Shown: positions 46,693 through 57,100 of the stretch, piece after piece | Numbering within the stretch: the first letter of the stretch is position 1 | Layout of the letters: each line of letters starts with the position of its first letter | Origin: an uncultured Acidobacteriota bacterium | GTDB lineage: Bacteria; Acidobacteriota; Vicinamibacteria; Vicinamibacterales; UBA2999 | NCBI GenBank assembly: GCA_963741665.1 | Contig: CAVUIM010000004.1 | Coordinates: 1,033,017-1,097,016, forward strand | Direction: 5' to 3' | DNA: 64,000 nt | Program-made: the position numbers and the translations under genes | Notes under the pieces: generated by a model | What the model saw: only the letters and a program-made list of their open reading frames with translations | Database searches by the model: none | Told to the model about the DNA's origin: nothing

Positions 46693-46999
46693 AGGCTGGA
46701 CGATCGCCACCTCCCAGCTGACCGTCGCCCGCGCCGGTGGAAAGCACAGCGCGGCGTTGCAGGCCTGGTAGCGGAGCACCGCCGGCACCTTCAGCTCGCC
46801 GGATGCCGTCGCTGGCACGAGCCTGCACGTGGACGTCCTCGGGCAGGCGGACAGGCAGCGTGAGCGTGGCCGTCTGGCCAGCTCTCGCCGGGGATGACTC
46901 GACGGTAGCGGTGACCTCGGCCCGCGGCCGGCCACTCTGCGCCGCGAGCGGTGGCGACAGTGCGAGCGCCAAGGCGACCCCGATGACAGCGCGGGTCAT
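46624..46999 (-). pseudogene. secreted DsbD-N-terminal-like (thiol:disulfide interchange) domain protein, +1 frameshift near 46799-46803
   Basis: The ATG at 46999 overlaps the redoxin stop (ATGA). Signal MTRAVIGVALALALSPPLAAQ...TLTLPVRLPEDVHVQARASDGI, then the other frame gives GELKVPAVLRYQACNAALCFPPARATVSWEV (the YQAC..C.PP motif typical of DsbD alpha domain). The C-terminal end is uncertain. Confidence 0.5.
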
Positions 47000-47964
47000 C
47001 GCGACGCCGGGCGCTCGGCCAGGAGCTGCTCGACCTGGGCCGTGATCTCGCGCTCGGCCTTGGTGTAGTACTCGCCACTCCCCGGGCTCGGGAAGCCGGC
47101 GTGCGCGCCGCGGACGCGGCCGTCGCGGCCGACCAGGAGGGTGGTCGGGAACGCATTCAGGTTCTGGGCCTGCGGCACCTTGGCGGCCAGTTCGTCGGGC
47201 TCGCCGGGCAGCAGCACCGTGTAGTCCAGCCCGTCGGTGGCGATGAACGCCCGCAGTCGCGTCGGGTTGGCGAGCTGGTCGGCTTCCTCGAACGACAGCG
47301 TGACGATCTCCAACCCCTGGCCACGGTACTTGTCGTAGAGCGCGGCCAGGAACGGCGCCTCGTCGTGGCAATTCGGGCACCAGCTGCCGCTGATGTTCAC
47401 GAGCAGCACCTTGTCGCGGAAGGCGGCGTCGGTGTCGCTGACGAGGCGACCCTGCAGGTCGGGAAAGGCGAAGCGGAAACGTTCGGCCGGATCCTTCATC
47501 CGGGTATGGAGCGCCGGATCGGTCGGCGTGCCGATGGCCGCGGCGGCCGGCGCTTCGGCGCGCGCCGCCTCGAGTTCGATCTGGCCGTTCTGGCGCAGCG
47601 CGAGAGCGGCCTTGGGCGTGACCTCGAGCAGCAGCGGCCGGGCGCCGGAGAAGTGGCTGAGCACGAACCGGCCATCGCGATAGGTGCCGCTCAGCGTGCC
47701 GGTGTCGCCGTCGACGCGCAGGATCGTCGCCTCGACGCTGGCGCCGGTCTGACGGGCCAGGAAGCGCCACGCCGACTCGCCCTTGGTGCTGCGGGCCCGG
47801 ACGATCCACGTGCCGTCGATCGACGGCACGTTCGCGGCGGCCGTGCGGTGGAGAACCAGCGGGGCACGATCCACGAAGACACAGCGCGGCTGGCGGAGGC
47901 TTGGGCTCCACGACAACAACACGCGCAGGTCAGGACCGCGAACACGATGTCCTGCTCGTTCCAC
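46996..47964 (-). CDS. TlpA/ResA-like thioredoxin-fold thiol-disulfide oxidoreductase with extra N-terminal domain
   Basis: VLLVNISGSWCPNCHDEAPFL (WCxxC). LEIVTLSFEE, AFPTTLLVGRDGRV. Start codon and signal peptide unresolved. Confidence 0.8.
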   Translation of the reverse strand: MERAGHRVRGPDLRVLLSWSPSLRQPRCVFVDRAPLVLHRTAAANVPSIDGTWIVRARSTKGESAWRFLARQTGASVEATILRVDGDTGTLSGTYRDGRFVLSHFSGARPLLLEVTPKAALALRQNGQIELEAARAEAPAAAAIGTPTDPALHTRMKDPAERFRFAFPDLQGRLVSDTDAAFRDKVLLVNISGSWCPNCHDEAPFLAALYDKYRGQGLEIVTLSFEEADQLANPTRLRAFIATDGLDYTVLLPGEPDELAAKVPQAQNLNAFPTTLLVGRDGRVRGAHAGFPSPGSGEYYTKAEREITAQVEQLLAERPASR

Positions 47965-48103
47965 GCCGCTCGCGAGCGTGTCAAGCCGCGCGCGAGTTCG
48001 CGCGTCGGGTTCGAACCCCGAAACCCCGCGGCCCGAGTCCCAAGCCTGTCTCTAATCCACCAATGTAGATATGTTGCTTCATGATATACGCTAGGCGTTC
48101 GCC

Positions 48104-50460
48104 ATGCCCGACACCGTGCTCACTGCCGTGGTGCCCCGCCGTCTCGACGTCCGCCGGTCCGCCATCACCATCGACGGCCACACGCTCGAAGACGTGGCCC
48201 TCGGCGGCTGGGCCTACGGCCCCGAGCTCGGCACCGCCCCGGTCGTCGTGGTGATCGGCGGCATCACCGCATCGCCGTTTCCGCTCGGCGACGGGCGCGG
48301 CGAGGCCCAGGGCGGCAGCGACCCGTGGTGGCCGGCGCTCTTCGGCGCCCGATCTCATCGATCCGGCGCGCATGACCGTGCTGTGCCCGTGCTGGCCTGG
48401 CAACGGCTCGACCTGGCGCGGCTTCGACGATCCGGCGTCGACACCAGCGCTCTCGGTGCTCGGTCTCGCCGATCTGGTGGCCGCGTGGCTCGACGGCTGC
48501 GGCGTATCGACGCCGGTCACCCTCGTCGGCGCCAGCCTCGGCGGCATGGTCGGCGTGGCGTTCGCCGTGCGCCATCCCGAGCGCTGCGCCCGCCTCATCA
48601 CCATCTCGGCCGGGCTGCGCCCCGATGGCTGGGGCACCGCCACGCGGCACCTGCAGCGCGAGCTGGTGCGCGACGGCATCCGCAACGGCGATGTCGCCAC
48701 CGGCATGAGCCGGGCCCGGCAGCTCGGCATGCTCACCTACCGCGGCCGCGACGAGCTCGACACCCGCTTCGGCAAGTTCGAACCCGGTCTCGACCGTCCG
48801 CCCGTCGCCGAGTATCTCGAGCACCACGGTCGCCGCTTCGCCGAGCGGTTCCCGGTGAGGACGTTCCTGCTGCTCAGCGAGTCGATCGATCGCGGCGCGC
48901 TCGGCACCGACCCGCAGACCCGCCGCGCGCTGCTCGAACGGGTCACCGCCGACACCATCGTCGTCGGCGTGCCCGGCGACATGCTGTTCCCGTGGGCGCT
49001 GCAGGTGGAGCTGCACCGCGAGCTGCAGGCCGCCGGTGCCCAGTCGTCGTTGTGGAAGCTCGACTCGCTGTACGGGCACGACGCGTTCCTCGCCGACCAG
49101 GAGCGGCTGGCCGAATTGCTGCGCGGCGCGCGGGCCTTCGGCGGGGCGCCGCGGCTGGGCGCGCGGCCACGATTCGAGGGCGTCGGCGTCGAGCCGGTGC
49201 GCGAGCTGCGCATCGGCATGGTCGGCTGCGGCACCGTCGGACGCGGCCTGCTCGAGATGATCGAACGCCAGCACGGCGCGGTCGCCGATCGCTACGGCGT
49301 CCGCTTCCGCGTTTCGCGCATCGCCGTGCGCGACCTGACCAAGGATCGCGGCCCGCTCGCCGCCGGGATTCCGCTCACCGACCAGCCGCTCGACCTGGTG
49401 AGCGATCCGACCGTGGACGTCGTGGTGGAGGTGGCCGGCGGGACGGCGATGGAGCCGATCCTCATCGCCGCGCTCGCCGCCGGAAAGCCGGTGGTCACCG
49501 CCAACAAGGCGCTGCTCGCCTCGAAGCTGGCCGAACTCGGCGTGCTCGCCCAGCGCACCGCCACGCCGCTCTACTGCGAAGCGGCCGCGGCCGCGGCGTT
49601 GCCGATCATCCGACACCTCAGCCACCGCGCCGACGAGATCGACAGCCTGGCCGGCATCCTCAACGGCACCTGCAACTTCGTGATGACCCGGCTCGAGCAG
49701 GCCGAGTTGTCGCTCGACGACGCCGTGGCCGAAGCGCAGGCCCTCGGCTTCGCCGAAGCGGATCCCTCGGCCGATCTCGACGGCCAGGACGCCGCCGCGA
49801 AACTGTCGATCCTGGCCTATCGCGCCTTCGGCGCGTGGGTGCGGCCCGACGGCTTCCTGGTCCGCGGCATCCGCGAACTGGGCCCGGCCGACAGCGATCT
49901 GGCCGAATCGATGGGCTGTCGCATCCGCCTGATCGCGCGGGCGGCGCGCATCGACGGCGCGCTCGACATGGCGGTCGAGCCGCTGCTGCTCCCGTCGTGG
50001 CACCTGCTGGCGTCGGTCGAAGAGGAGTACAACGCGGTCTACCTGCGCTGCGCGTCCTCCGGCGACCTGAGCCTGTTCGGCAAGGGCGCCGGCGCCTTGC
50101 CGACCGCGACCGCCGTTCTCGGCGATCTCATCGACCTGGCCCAGGACAACTCGGTGCGCTGGCCGGTGCCGCAGGCGCTGCCGATTGCCGCCGCCGGCGC
50201 AGCGGTGCAGCCGGCCAACCGCCGGCACTACCTGCGCGTCACCGGCGAACCACATCCCGGCCTCGAACGCCGGATTCGAAAGCCTCGTGCGCCGCGCTGG
50301 CCTCACCGTCCAGAATCGCGCCACCCGCAGCGAAGGCGACCGCGTGCACCTGGCCTTCATGCTGTCGCCGAGTCAGGACGCGCCGATCAACGACGTCCGC
50401 GACGCGGTGGCCGGTCTGGCCCGGGTCGAGACGTCGCTGTGGCTGGGAGTGCTGGAGTGA
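48104..50460 (+). pseudogene. metX: homoserine O-acetyltransferase (MetX) fused in one reading frame to homoserine dehydrogenase (Hom, with ACT domain); two +1 frameshifts (~48347-48350 and ~50255-50275)
   Basis: MetX: VVVVIGGITASPF, GASLGGMVG (nucleophile), LYGHDAFL. No stop occurs before LRIGMVGCGTVGRGL (Hom Rossmann), TANKALLA, ILNGTCNF, EADPSADLDGQDAAAKL. The ACT part is in the third frame (FESLVRRAGLTVQNRATRSEGDRVHLAFML...LWLGVLE*). Confidence 0.8.
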
Positions 50461-51838
50461 GCGCGCTGGCGCTGTGGCTGGATCCGGCGGCGTGCCCGGC
50501 CGAGCGGCCGCCGATCGAGGCGATGGCCGAGCCGACGCGGCGGCTCCACGACGGACTCGACGCCCACGCGCGGCGCGCCGGCCTCCCCTACCTGCATCCC
50601 GACGAGCCGACGGTGCAGCTCGACCTGCTGGGATCGGCGCGGACCATCGCCTGGCAGGAAGGCAAGGCGGCGTTCCTCTTCGCCAGCGAGGGCGCCTGGT
50701 CGGATCTGCCGCACCTCTACGCCCGTTACGGCACCACCGCCACGGCGGCGCTCATCACCCGCCTGAAGGCGCTCGAGGCCGCCGGCGCCGTGCTCGTGTG
50801 CGACTCGGGCATGCAGGCGACCGCCCTGGTCTTCGACGTGTTGATGACGCCGGGCGCACATGCCGTCCTGATGCGGCAGGTCTACAACAAGACCAAGACC
50901 TACCTGCGCTGGCTGGCCGACCGGGTCGGCGGCTACGGTCACCATCGTCGACGACGGCGACCACGCGGCGCTGGCGGCGGCGATCCGCCCCGAGACGCGC
51001 TTCGTCTTCGCCGAGACGTTCACCAACCCGCTGGTGCGGGCGCAGGATCTCGACGCGCTGCGGGCCGTCGTCAGCGCGGCGCGGGCCACGGCGCCGGAGC
51101 TGCGGCTGGTCGTCGACTCGACCATCGCCACGCCGTGGGCATTCGCCACGCCGCTGCTCGCCCAGGGCGTCGACGTCGTGCTCGCCAGCGGCACCAAGGC
51201 GCTCGGCGGCGACGGACCGTGATCTGTGGGGCTACGTCGCCACGCGCGACACGGCGCTCGCCAACGCGGTCATGGATCTGATGGCGATGCGCGGCGGCAT
51301 CCTCGACTGGCGCCGCGCCGAGGCCATCGTCGCCGGCCTCGACGACGCCGGCCCCGCGCACGCCAGGCGCTCGGCCACGGCCAGTCGGGTCGCGGCGTTC
51401 CTGGCGGCGCATCCGCGGGTGTCGGCGGTGTTCCACCCGTCGCTGCCGGCGCATCCCGATGCCGCGGCCATCGCCGCGCAGTACGTGCGTCACGGCTCGC
51501 TGCTGTCGTTCCGCGTCGACGGCGCCGACGAGGCGTTGACCCGCCACGTCGCCGACGTCCTGGCGACGACGACCATCGTGCGCTATGCGCTGTCGTTCGA
51601 CGGCCTGGCCACCAAGGTGAACCACCACCAGACGGTGTCGGAGTACTTCACGCCGGAACCGGAACTGCGCCGCAGCGGGTTCGATCGCCTGATCCGGCTG
51701 GCCGTCGGCGTCGAAGACGCCGACGACCTGATTGCCGCGCTCAACTGGGCGCTCCACCACTTCGATCGGGTGTCGCCCGACGACGTCGTGCGCTGGCAGG
51801 CGGCGCGCGCGAAGGGCCTCGGGCTGGCCGCCAGCTGA
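50457..51838 (+). pseudogene. Cys/Met-metabolism PLP-dependent enzyme (cystathionine gamma-synthase / O-acylhomoserine sulfhydrylase family); two +1 frameshifts (~50931-50940 and ~51211-51216)
   Basis: The GTG at 50457 overlaps the upstream stop (GTGA); alternative ATG at 50523. YARYGTTATAALITRLKALEAAGAVLVCDSGMQA; next frame TVTIVDDGD...FAETFTNPLVRAQDL...VDSTIATPW...VVLASGTKALGG (PLP-Lys); next frame DRDLWGYVA...HPSLPAHP...SFDG... Confidence 0.8.
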
Positions 51839-51842
51839 CGCC

Positions 51843-52664
51843 TCACACCCGCAGCAGATTCGGGCGCGGCCGTGTGTAGCCCTGCGCGGCGGCCCACAGA
51901 TCCAGCGGCAGGGTGGCGAGATCGTCGACGATGGCGACGCCGTGGCCATCGACCGACAGATCCACGGCCTTGACGTAGACGCGGCAGGTGTCGCAGGAAT
52001 CGACCCGGACCTCGGGCAGGTCGGCGTCGCGGAACACCGGCAGCGCCTCGACCCGCGACTCGCCACACGCCGGACAGACGACGCGCGGCACGCCCCACTC
52101 GGTCGCGCAGAAGCCGCACACGAGCAGACGGCCGGCGCCATACCCGCGTTCGCGCAGCACCCCGGCCACGGCGCGGCCGCCGCAGCGCGGGCAGCGCAGG
52201 GCGTCGGCGCCGGCGGTCACCTGGCCAGCCCCGCTCGCCCACACTTCGGCGAACGGCTGCAGCACGGCCTCGGCGACGAAGGTGGCCACGGGCCCGGCGC
52301 TGGCCGGCACGCCGGTCGGCGCCTGCGCCACCTCGGCGCACACACCCTGCCAGTCGCCACGCGACAGCGCCCGCAGCGGCACGAGTGCGGCCGCCACCCG
52401 CGCCGGCGCCGCGGCCACCAGCCGGTCGACGAACGGTGCGATCGGCACGGCCGGGATGACACCGCCCAGGACCTCGGCGAGCGCGGCCTGCGCGTCGAGC
52501 CGGTCGGCACGGACCGCGTCGACGAGCAGTGCGCGCTGGCCCTCGGCCACGACGACGTAGAACGCCAGCACCTCGGCGCACGCCGGCCGCGCGGCGGCCA
52601 GGACCCGGGCCCGCGCGATGCGCGCGTCCAGCCCGCGGCGGCACGCCTCACTGCGGGAGGTCAC
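51843..52664 (-). CDS. fdhE: formate dehydrogenase accessory protein FdhE
   Basis: Four CxxC pairs: CPRCGG, CGFCATEW, CPACGE, CDTCRVYVK. C-terminal DDLATLPLDLWA. Start uncertain: the GTG at 52664 is chosen, and the ORF extends to 52763 overlapping fdnI. Confidence 0.8.
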   Translation of the reverse strand: MTSRSEACRRGLDARIARARVLAAARPACAEVLAFYVVVAEGQRALLVDAVRADRLDAQAALAEVLGGVIPAVPIAPFVDRLVAAAPARVAAALVPLRALSRGDWQGVCAEVAQAPTGVPASAGPVATFVAEAVLQPFAEVWASGAGQVTAGADALRCPRCGGRAVAGVLRERGYGAGRLLVCGFCATEWGVPRVVCPACGESRVEALPVFRDADLPEVRVDSCDTCRVYVKAVDLSVDGHGVAIVDDLATLPLDLWAAAQGYTRPRPNLLRV

Positions 52665-53295
52665 GCGGCGGGGGTCTTGTGGCGGAGTCGTCGAACCAGG
52701 CGCGGTGGTGATGGCGCGCCCAGGCCTCGCTGACGTCGCCGTGGAGGATGGCGTGGAGACCACCGGGCACGACCGCGAGTCCCATGTAGAGGTGCACGAT
52801 GAACCCGCCGATCGTCGCCAGCGCCGACACCGCGTGCAGCAGGATCGCGGCTTCGAGCAGCCAATGCTGCGACGCCGGAACGGCCTGCGGAATCCACAGG
52901 ATCAGGCCCGAGACCAGGAGTCCAGCGCCGCCGAGCACCATGATCCAGAAGAGCTGCTTCTGCCCGAAGTTGAAGCGCCCGGCCGGCGGCACGTGGGCGT
53001 CGTCGTTGCGAATGTAGGCGGACATCGCCGCCCGCCACGCCTGATCGCCGTCGCTCGTCCGCATGTCGCGCCGCCACATCAGATACATCCGGGCGACGAC
53101 GACAGCGAAGAACAGCCCGACGAACGGGTGCACGGCCCGCGACACGTACCCGCCACCGAGCACCGTCGCGATCCAGTAGAGGCCCGGGGTCCAGAACGCG
53201 AGCCCGGTCAGCAGCAGATACACGTAGGACGCGGCGGCCGCGCTGTGCACGAGGCGCTCGCCGAGCGAGTAGCGGACGACCCGTGGCCCGCTCAT
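52648..53295 (-). CDS. fdnI: formate dehydrogenase cytochrome b556 (gamma) subunit
   Basis: 215 aa tail of ORF 52648..54060. The ATG at 53295 overlaps the fdnH stop (ATGA). RYSLGERLVHSAAAASYVYLLLTGL with 4 TM helices and conserved His residues. Confidence 0.85.
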   Translation of the reverse strand: MSGPRVVRYSLGERLVHSAAAASYVYLLLTGLAFWTPGLYWIATVLGGGYVSRAVHPFVGLFFAVVVARMYLMWRRDMRTSDGDQAWRAAMSAYIRNDDAHVPPAGRFNFGQKQLFWIMVLGGAGLLVSGLILWIPQAVPASQHWLLEAAILLHAVSALATIGGFIVHLYMGLAVVPGGLHAILHGDVSEAWARHHHRAWFDDSATRPPPRDLPQ

Positions 53296-54158
53296 GCCGG
53301 ACCGCCCGCGTCGCCGCGATCGACGTCGTGCTTGCGACCGTAGCGCACGTAGTGGATGGCCGCGACGACGAGCCCGCCGAGCATCGCCAGGTTGCCGGTC
53401 CATTTCACGGCGCCCTTCCACACCCGCACCGCGGCCGGCACGGTGGGATCGCGCGGCAGGCCGTAGAGTTCGGGACGATTGCCGAACGCCAGCACGCTGA
53501 CGACGCCGGTGCCACCGACGCCGGCCGGGTCGTAGACCGCGGCGTCGGCGAAGCCGTCCTCTTTCAACCGGGCCACCCGCTGCCCGGCCACTTGCAGCAT
53601 CGCGTCCTTGGTGCCGAACTGCAGACAGCTGGTGGGACAGGCCTTGACGCAGGCCGGCTGCAGTCCTTCGGCGACGCGGTCGACGCACAACGTGCACTTG
53701 TAGACGCGGCGGGTGTCGGTGGCGAACTTGGGCACGTTGAACGGGCAGCCGGTGATGCAGTAGCCGCAGCCGATGCACTGGTCCTGGTGGAAGTCGACGA
53801 TGCCGTTGGCGTACTGCACGATGGCGCCGGGCGACGGACAGGCGATGAGACAGCCCGGCTCGGCGCAGTGCATGCACTGGTCCTTGCGCATCAGCCAGTG
53901 GAATCCGCGCTCGCTGTCGTGTTCGCTGAACCTGATCAGGTTCCAGAACCGCGCCGTGGTCTCGGGCAGGGTCTGGTAGGTGCCCGACTGCGAGGTCGCC
54001 TCGGGGGCCAGGTCGTTCCACTCCTGGCACGCCACCTCGCACGCCTTGCAGCCGATGCACGACGACGTGTCCACCAGCTTGACGACGGTGGGGACGGCGC
54101 GCACGCCCGGGGCCGGCCCGGTCGTGGCCGAGATGCGGACGATGTCGAGGGCGCTCAC
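53292..54158 (-). CDS. fdnH: formate dehydrogenase iron-sulfur (beta) subunit
   Basis: The GTG at 54158 overlaps the fdnG stop (GTGA). Four ferredoxin-type Cys clusters (CIGCKACEVAC, CMHCAEPGCLIAC, CIGCGYCITGC, CTLCVDR...CVKAC) and a C-terminal TM helix. Confidence 0.9.
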   Translation of the reverse strand: MSALDIVRISATTGPAPGVRAVPTVVKLVDTSSCIGCKACEVACQEWNDLAPEATSQSGTYQTLPETTARFWNLIRFSEHDSERGFHWLMRKDQCMHCAEPGCLIACPSPGAIVQYANGIVDFHQDQCIGCGYCITGCPFNVPKFATDTRRVYKCTLCVDRVAEGLQPACVKACPTSCLQFGTKDAMLQVAGQRVARLKEDGFADAAVYDPAGVGGTGVVSVLAFGNRPELYGLPRDPTVPAAVRVWKGAVKWTGNLAMLGGLVVAAIHYVRYGRKHDVDRGDAGGPA

Positions 54159-57100
54159 GTCGTCACCTTGTCGAGCCGGACGAGGAAGCCCTTGTATTCC
54201 GGCGCGTGCGAGTTGGGATCGACGACGGTCGGGGTCACGAGATTGGCCAGCGACCCACGTTGCTGGCCGCGGCCGAGGAAGCCCCAGTGAATCGGGAAGC
54301 CGATCTGCCACGTGGTCTTGCCGGCCACCTGCATCGGCTTGATTCGCCGCGTGACCATCGCCTTGCCCTCGATCGAGCCGCGGGCCGAGGTCACCCGCAC
54401 CAGGTCGCCGCTGGCGATCTGCTTCTCCGCCGCCAGCCCCTCGGGGATCTCGACGAAGAACTCCGGCTGGAGCTGCACGGTGTAGGGATTGTGTTTGGTC
54501 CAGTAGTGGAAGTGCTCGGTGAGGCGGTAGGTGGTGCAGACGATCGGGAACTCCGCCGCGGTGCCGAGGACGTCGAACGGGGTCGAGAACCGATGGATGG
54601 CCGGGTTGGCGCTCTGCGTAGGATGCAGCGGATTGGCGACCGGCGACTCGGCCGGCTCGTAGTGTTCCGACCACGGCCCTTCGACGAACTGGCCGGGCAC
54701 GAACAGCCGCGCGGCGCCTTCCGGCAGCATGACGAACGCGCCAACCTCGGCGTCGGGCCGGCTGTCGACGCCGAAGTCGGCGACGTCGCCGGTCCAGCGC
54801 TGGCCGTTCCAGGCAATCGCCGGCCGGGTCGGGTCCCACGGCCGTCCCTCGGCGTCCGCGGAACAGCGGTTGTAGAGGATGCGCCGGTTGGCCGGCCAGC
54901 TGAAGGCCCAGTCCGGATAGCGGCCCAGGCCGCTCGGATCGGCGAACGAGCGGCGCTGCGCCAGGTTGCCGGCGTCGGTGTACATGCCGATGTAGAGCCA
55001 GTTGCCGCTGAGCGTGGTGCCGTCGGCCCTGGTGTCGGTGGCGCGCGCGAGCTGCTGGCCGGGCCGCAGCACCACGCCTCCCGACGCGTCGCGCACCTCG
55101 TCGATCGCCCAGCCGTTCAACTCGCGGGCGACCTCGTCGAGCGACGGGCTGGCCGGATTCGAGTACCACCAGTTGAGCGCCCGGACCGGCGCCGGATAGG
55201 TGCCGCCTTCCTGCGCGTAGAGGTCGCGGACCGCCAGGAAGATGCGGGCGATGATCTCCTGATCGGGCCGCGCCTCCCCCGGCGGATCGACCGCCTTCCA
55301 CTTCCACTGGATCCAGCGCGCCGAGTTGACGAAGGAGCCGTCCTTCTCGGCGAAGTTCGCCGCCGGCAGCATGAACACCTCGGTGGCCACCTGCTCGGGC
55401 GTACTGTCGTTGAGCGCCTGGATGTCGTCGCGCCAGAACGCCGCCGTCTCGTGCTCGAAGTTCTCGGCGACGACCAGCCACTTGAGCCGGCCGAGCGCCG
55501 CAACCGCCTTGCGTGAATGCGGGCCGTTCGCCACCGGATTCATGCCGAAGGCGAACAGGCCCTCCATGCCGCCGCCGTACATGCGGTCGAACAGATACGC
55601 CCAGCTCCAGTTCTCGTAGCCGCCGCCCGGTTGCTGCGGCAGCCGCGGATGCAGGCCGTAACCGAAGTCGTTGTCCTTGCTGGCGGCGTCGCCGTAGTAG
55701 GCCTTGAACTGGCTCACCGCGAAGCGGTCGGTGTTCGACCAGAAGTTGGTCGCCGCCGGCCGGAGCGGCGCCGGCGTCACCGCGTCGAGGAAGGTCGCGA
55801 ACGTCGGCTGGTCGGCCTTGGGCACCGGGATGTAGCCAGGCAGGTTGTGATACGCCATGCCGCAATCGGTGCCGCCCTGGATGTTGGCGTGCCCGCGCAG
55901 CGCGTTGAGGCCGCCACCCGGCCGCCCGATGTTGCCGAGCAGCAGCTGCAGCATGGCCGCGGCGTGGATCAGCTGCACCGAGTGGCTGTGATGCGTCCAC
56001 CCCAAGGCGTAGAGAATGGTGCCGACCTTGGCCGGCGTGCCGGTCGACGTGATGAGATCGGCCGCGGTCACGAATTCCTCGGCCGTGCAGCCGCAGATCT
56101 CGGCGACCTTCTCGGGGGTGTAGCGGGCGTAGAACCCCTTCATCACCTGGAACACCGACCTGGCGTGCTGCAGGGTCGGATCGACGCGGGCGAAGCCTCG
56201 CTCGTCGAGCTCGTAGGCCCAGCTCGAGGTGTCGGTGTAGGCCTGGCGCTCGCCGTCCCAGCCCGAGAAGAGCCCGGTCGTCTCGTCGAACGCGTAGCTG
56301 TCGGTCACCAGGAACGACGCGTTGGTGAACAGCCGGACGTACTCGGCGTGATGCCGGTCCCGCGACAACGTGTGGTGGATGAGTCCACCGAGGAACGCGA
56401 TGTCGGTGCCGGCGCGGATCTGGACGAAGGCGTCAGCGACCGCCGAGGTGCGGTTGAAGCGCGGGTCGACCGACACCAGCAGGGCGCGGCGGTTGCGTTT
56501 GGCCTCCATCACGAAGCGGAAGCCGACCGGATGGTTCTCGGCGGGGTTGCCGCCCATCGCCAGGATGACATCGGCGTTCCGGATGTCGGTCCAGCCGTTG
56601 GTCATCGCTCCTCGTCCGAACGTGGCGGCCAGACTGGCCACCGTGGGGCCGTGTCATATCCGGGCCTGTTGCTCGATCGGCACCACGCCCAGTCCGGCGC
56701 GGAACGCCTTGACCAGCAGGTAGTTCACCTCGTTGGTGTCGGTGCAGCCGCCGATCACGCCCATCTGCGTCAGCGCGTGCAACGCCTGGCCCTGCGCGTC
56801 CCGTTCGATGAGGTGCCGATCGCGGGTGTCCTTGACCAGCCGGGCGATCCGCGCGATCGCCCAGTCCCACGACTTGTCTTCCCACTGGCGCGCGCCGGGA
56901 GCGCGGTACTTGACGGTCGTCAGCCGGCGATCGTTGACGATGTTCTGCTTGAGGGTGATGCCCTTGGGACAGAGGGTCCCCTGGTTGATCGGGTGGTCGG
57001 GGTCGCCTTCGACGTGGACCACCGTGGGTGTGACGTTGCGCGAGCGATCACCGAGGGTGTGCAGGATGACGCCGCAGCTGACCGAGCAATACGGGCAGGT

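Noticed and set aside
47881-47984. Possible tenth frameshift at the N-terminus of the TlpA-like redoxin (frame with QDIVFAVLTCA looks signal-peptide-like)
   Set aside because: Joining the two frames would need a 1 nt deletion, unlike all nine clear cases, which are insertions. The hydrophobic stretch is short and the junction is not compelling. The start is left as uncertain.
48005-48029. tRNA-like T-arm (TCGGG-TTCGAAC-CCCGA) followed by AACCCCG, possibly a tRNA gene or an att-site remnant, in the redoxin/metX divergent region
   Set aside because: No matching 5' acceptor strand, D-arm or anticodon arm could be folded on either strand. There is no CCA and no second copy elsewhere in the window. 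It is probably a chance palindrome or hairpin.
48050-48103. AT-rich stretch upstream of metX considered as a SAM riboswitch or leader
   Set aside because: Only ~55 nt lie between the AT-rich segment and the ATG, too short for any known SAM riboswitch class. It is more likely just promoter DNA.
56654-56656. TGA splitting the formate dehydrogenase alpha subunit, initially read as a nonsense mutation or pseudogene
   Set aside because: Both halves share one frame. The flanking sequence matches the conserved Sec active-site context (ARI-U-HGPTVASLA), and a SECIS-like hairpin follows. It is therefore interpreted as selenocysteine recoding.
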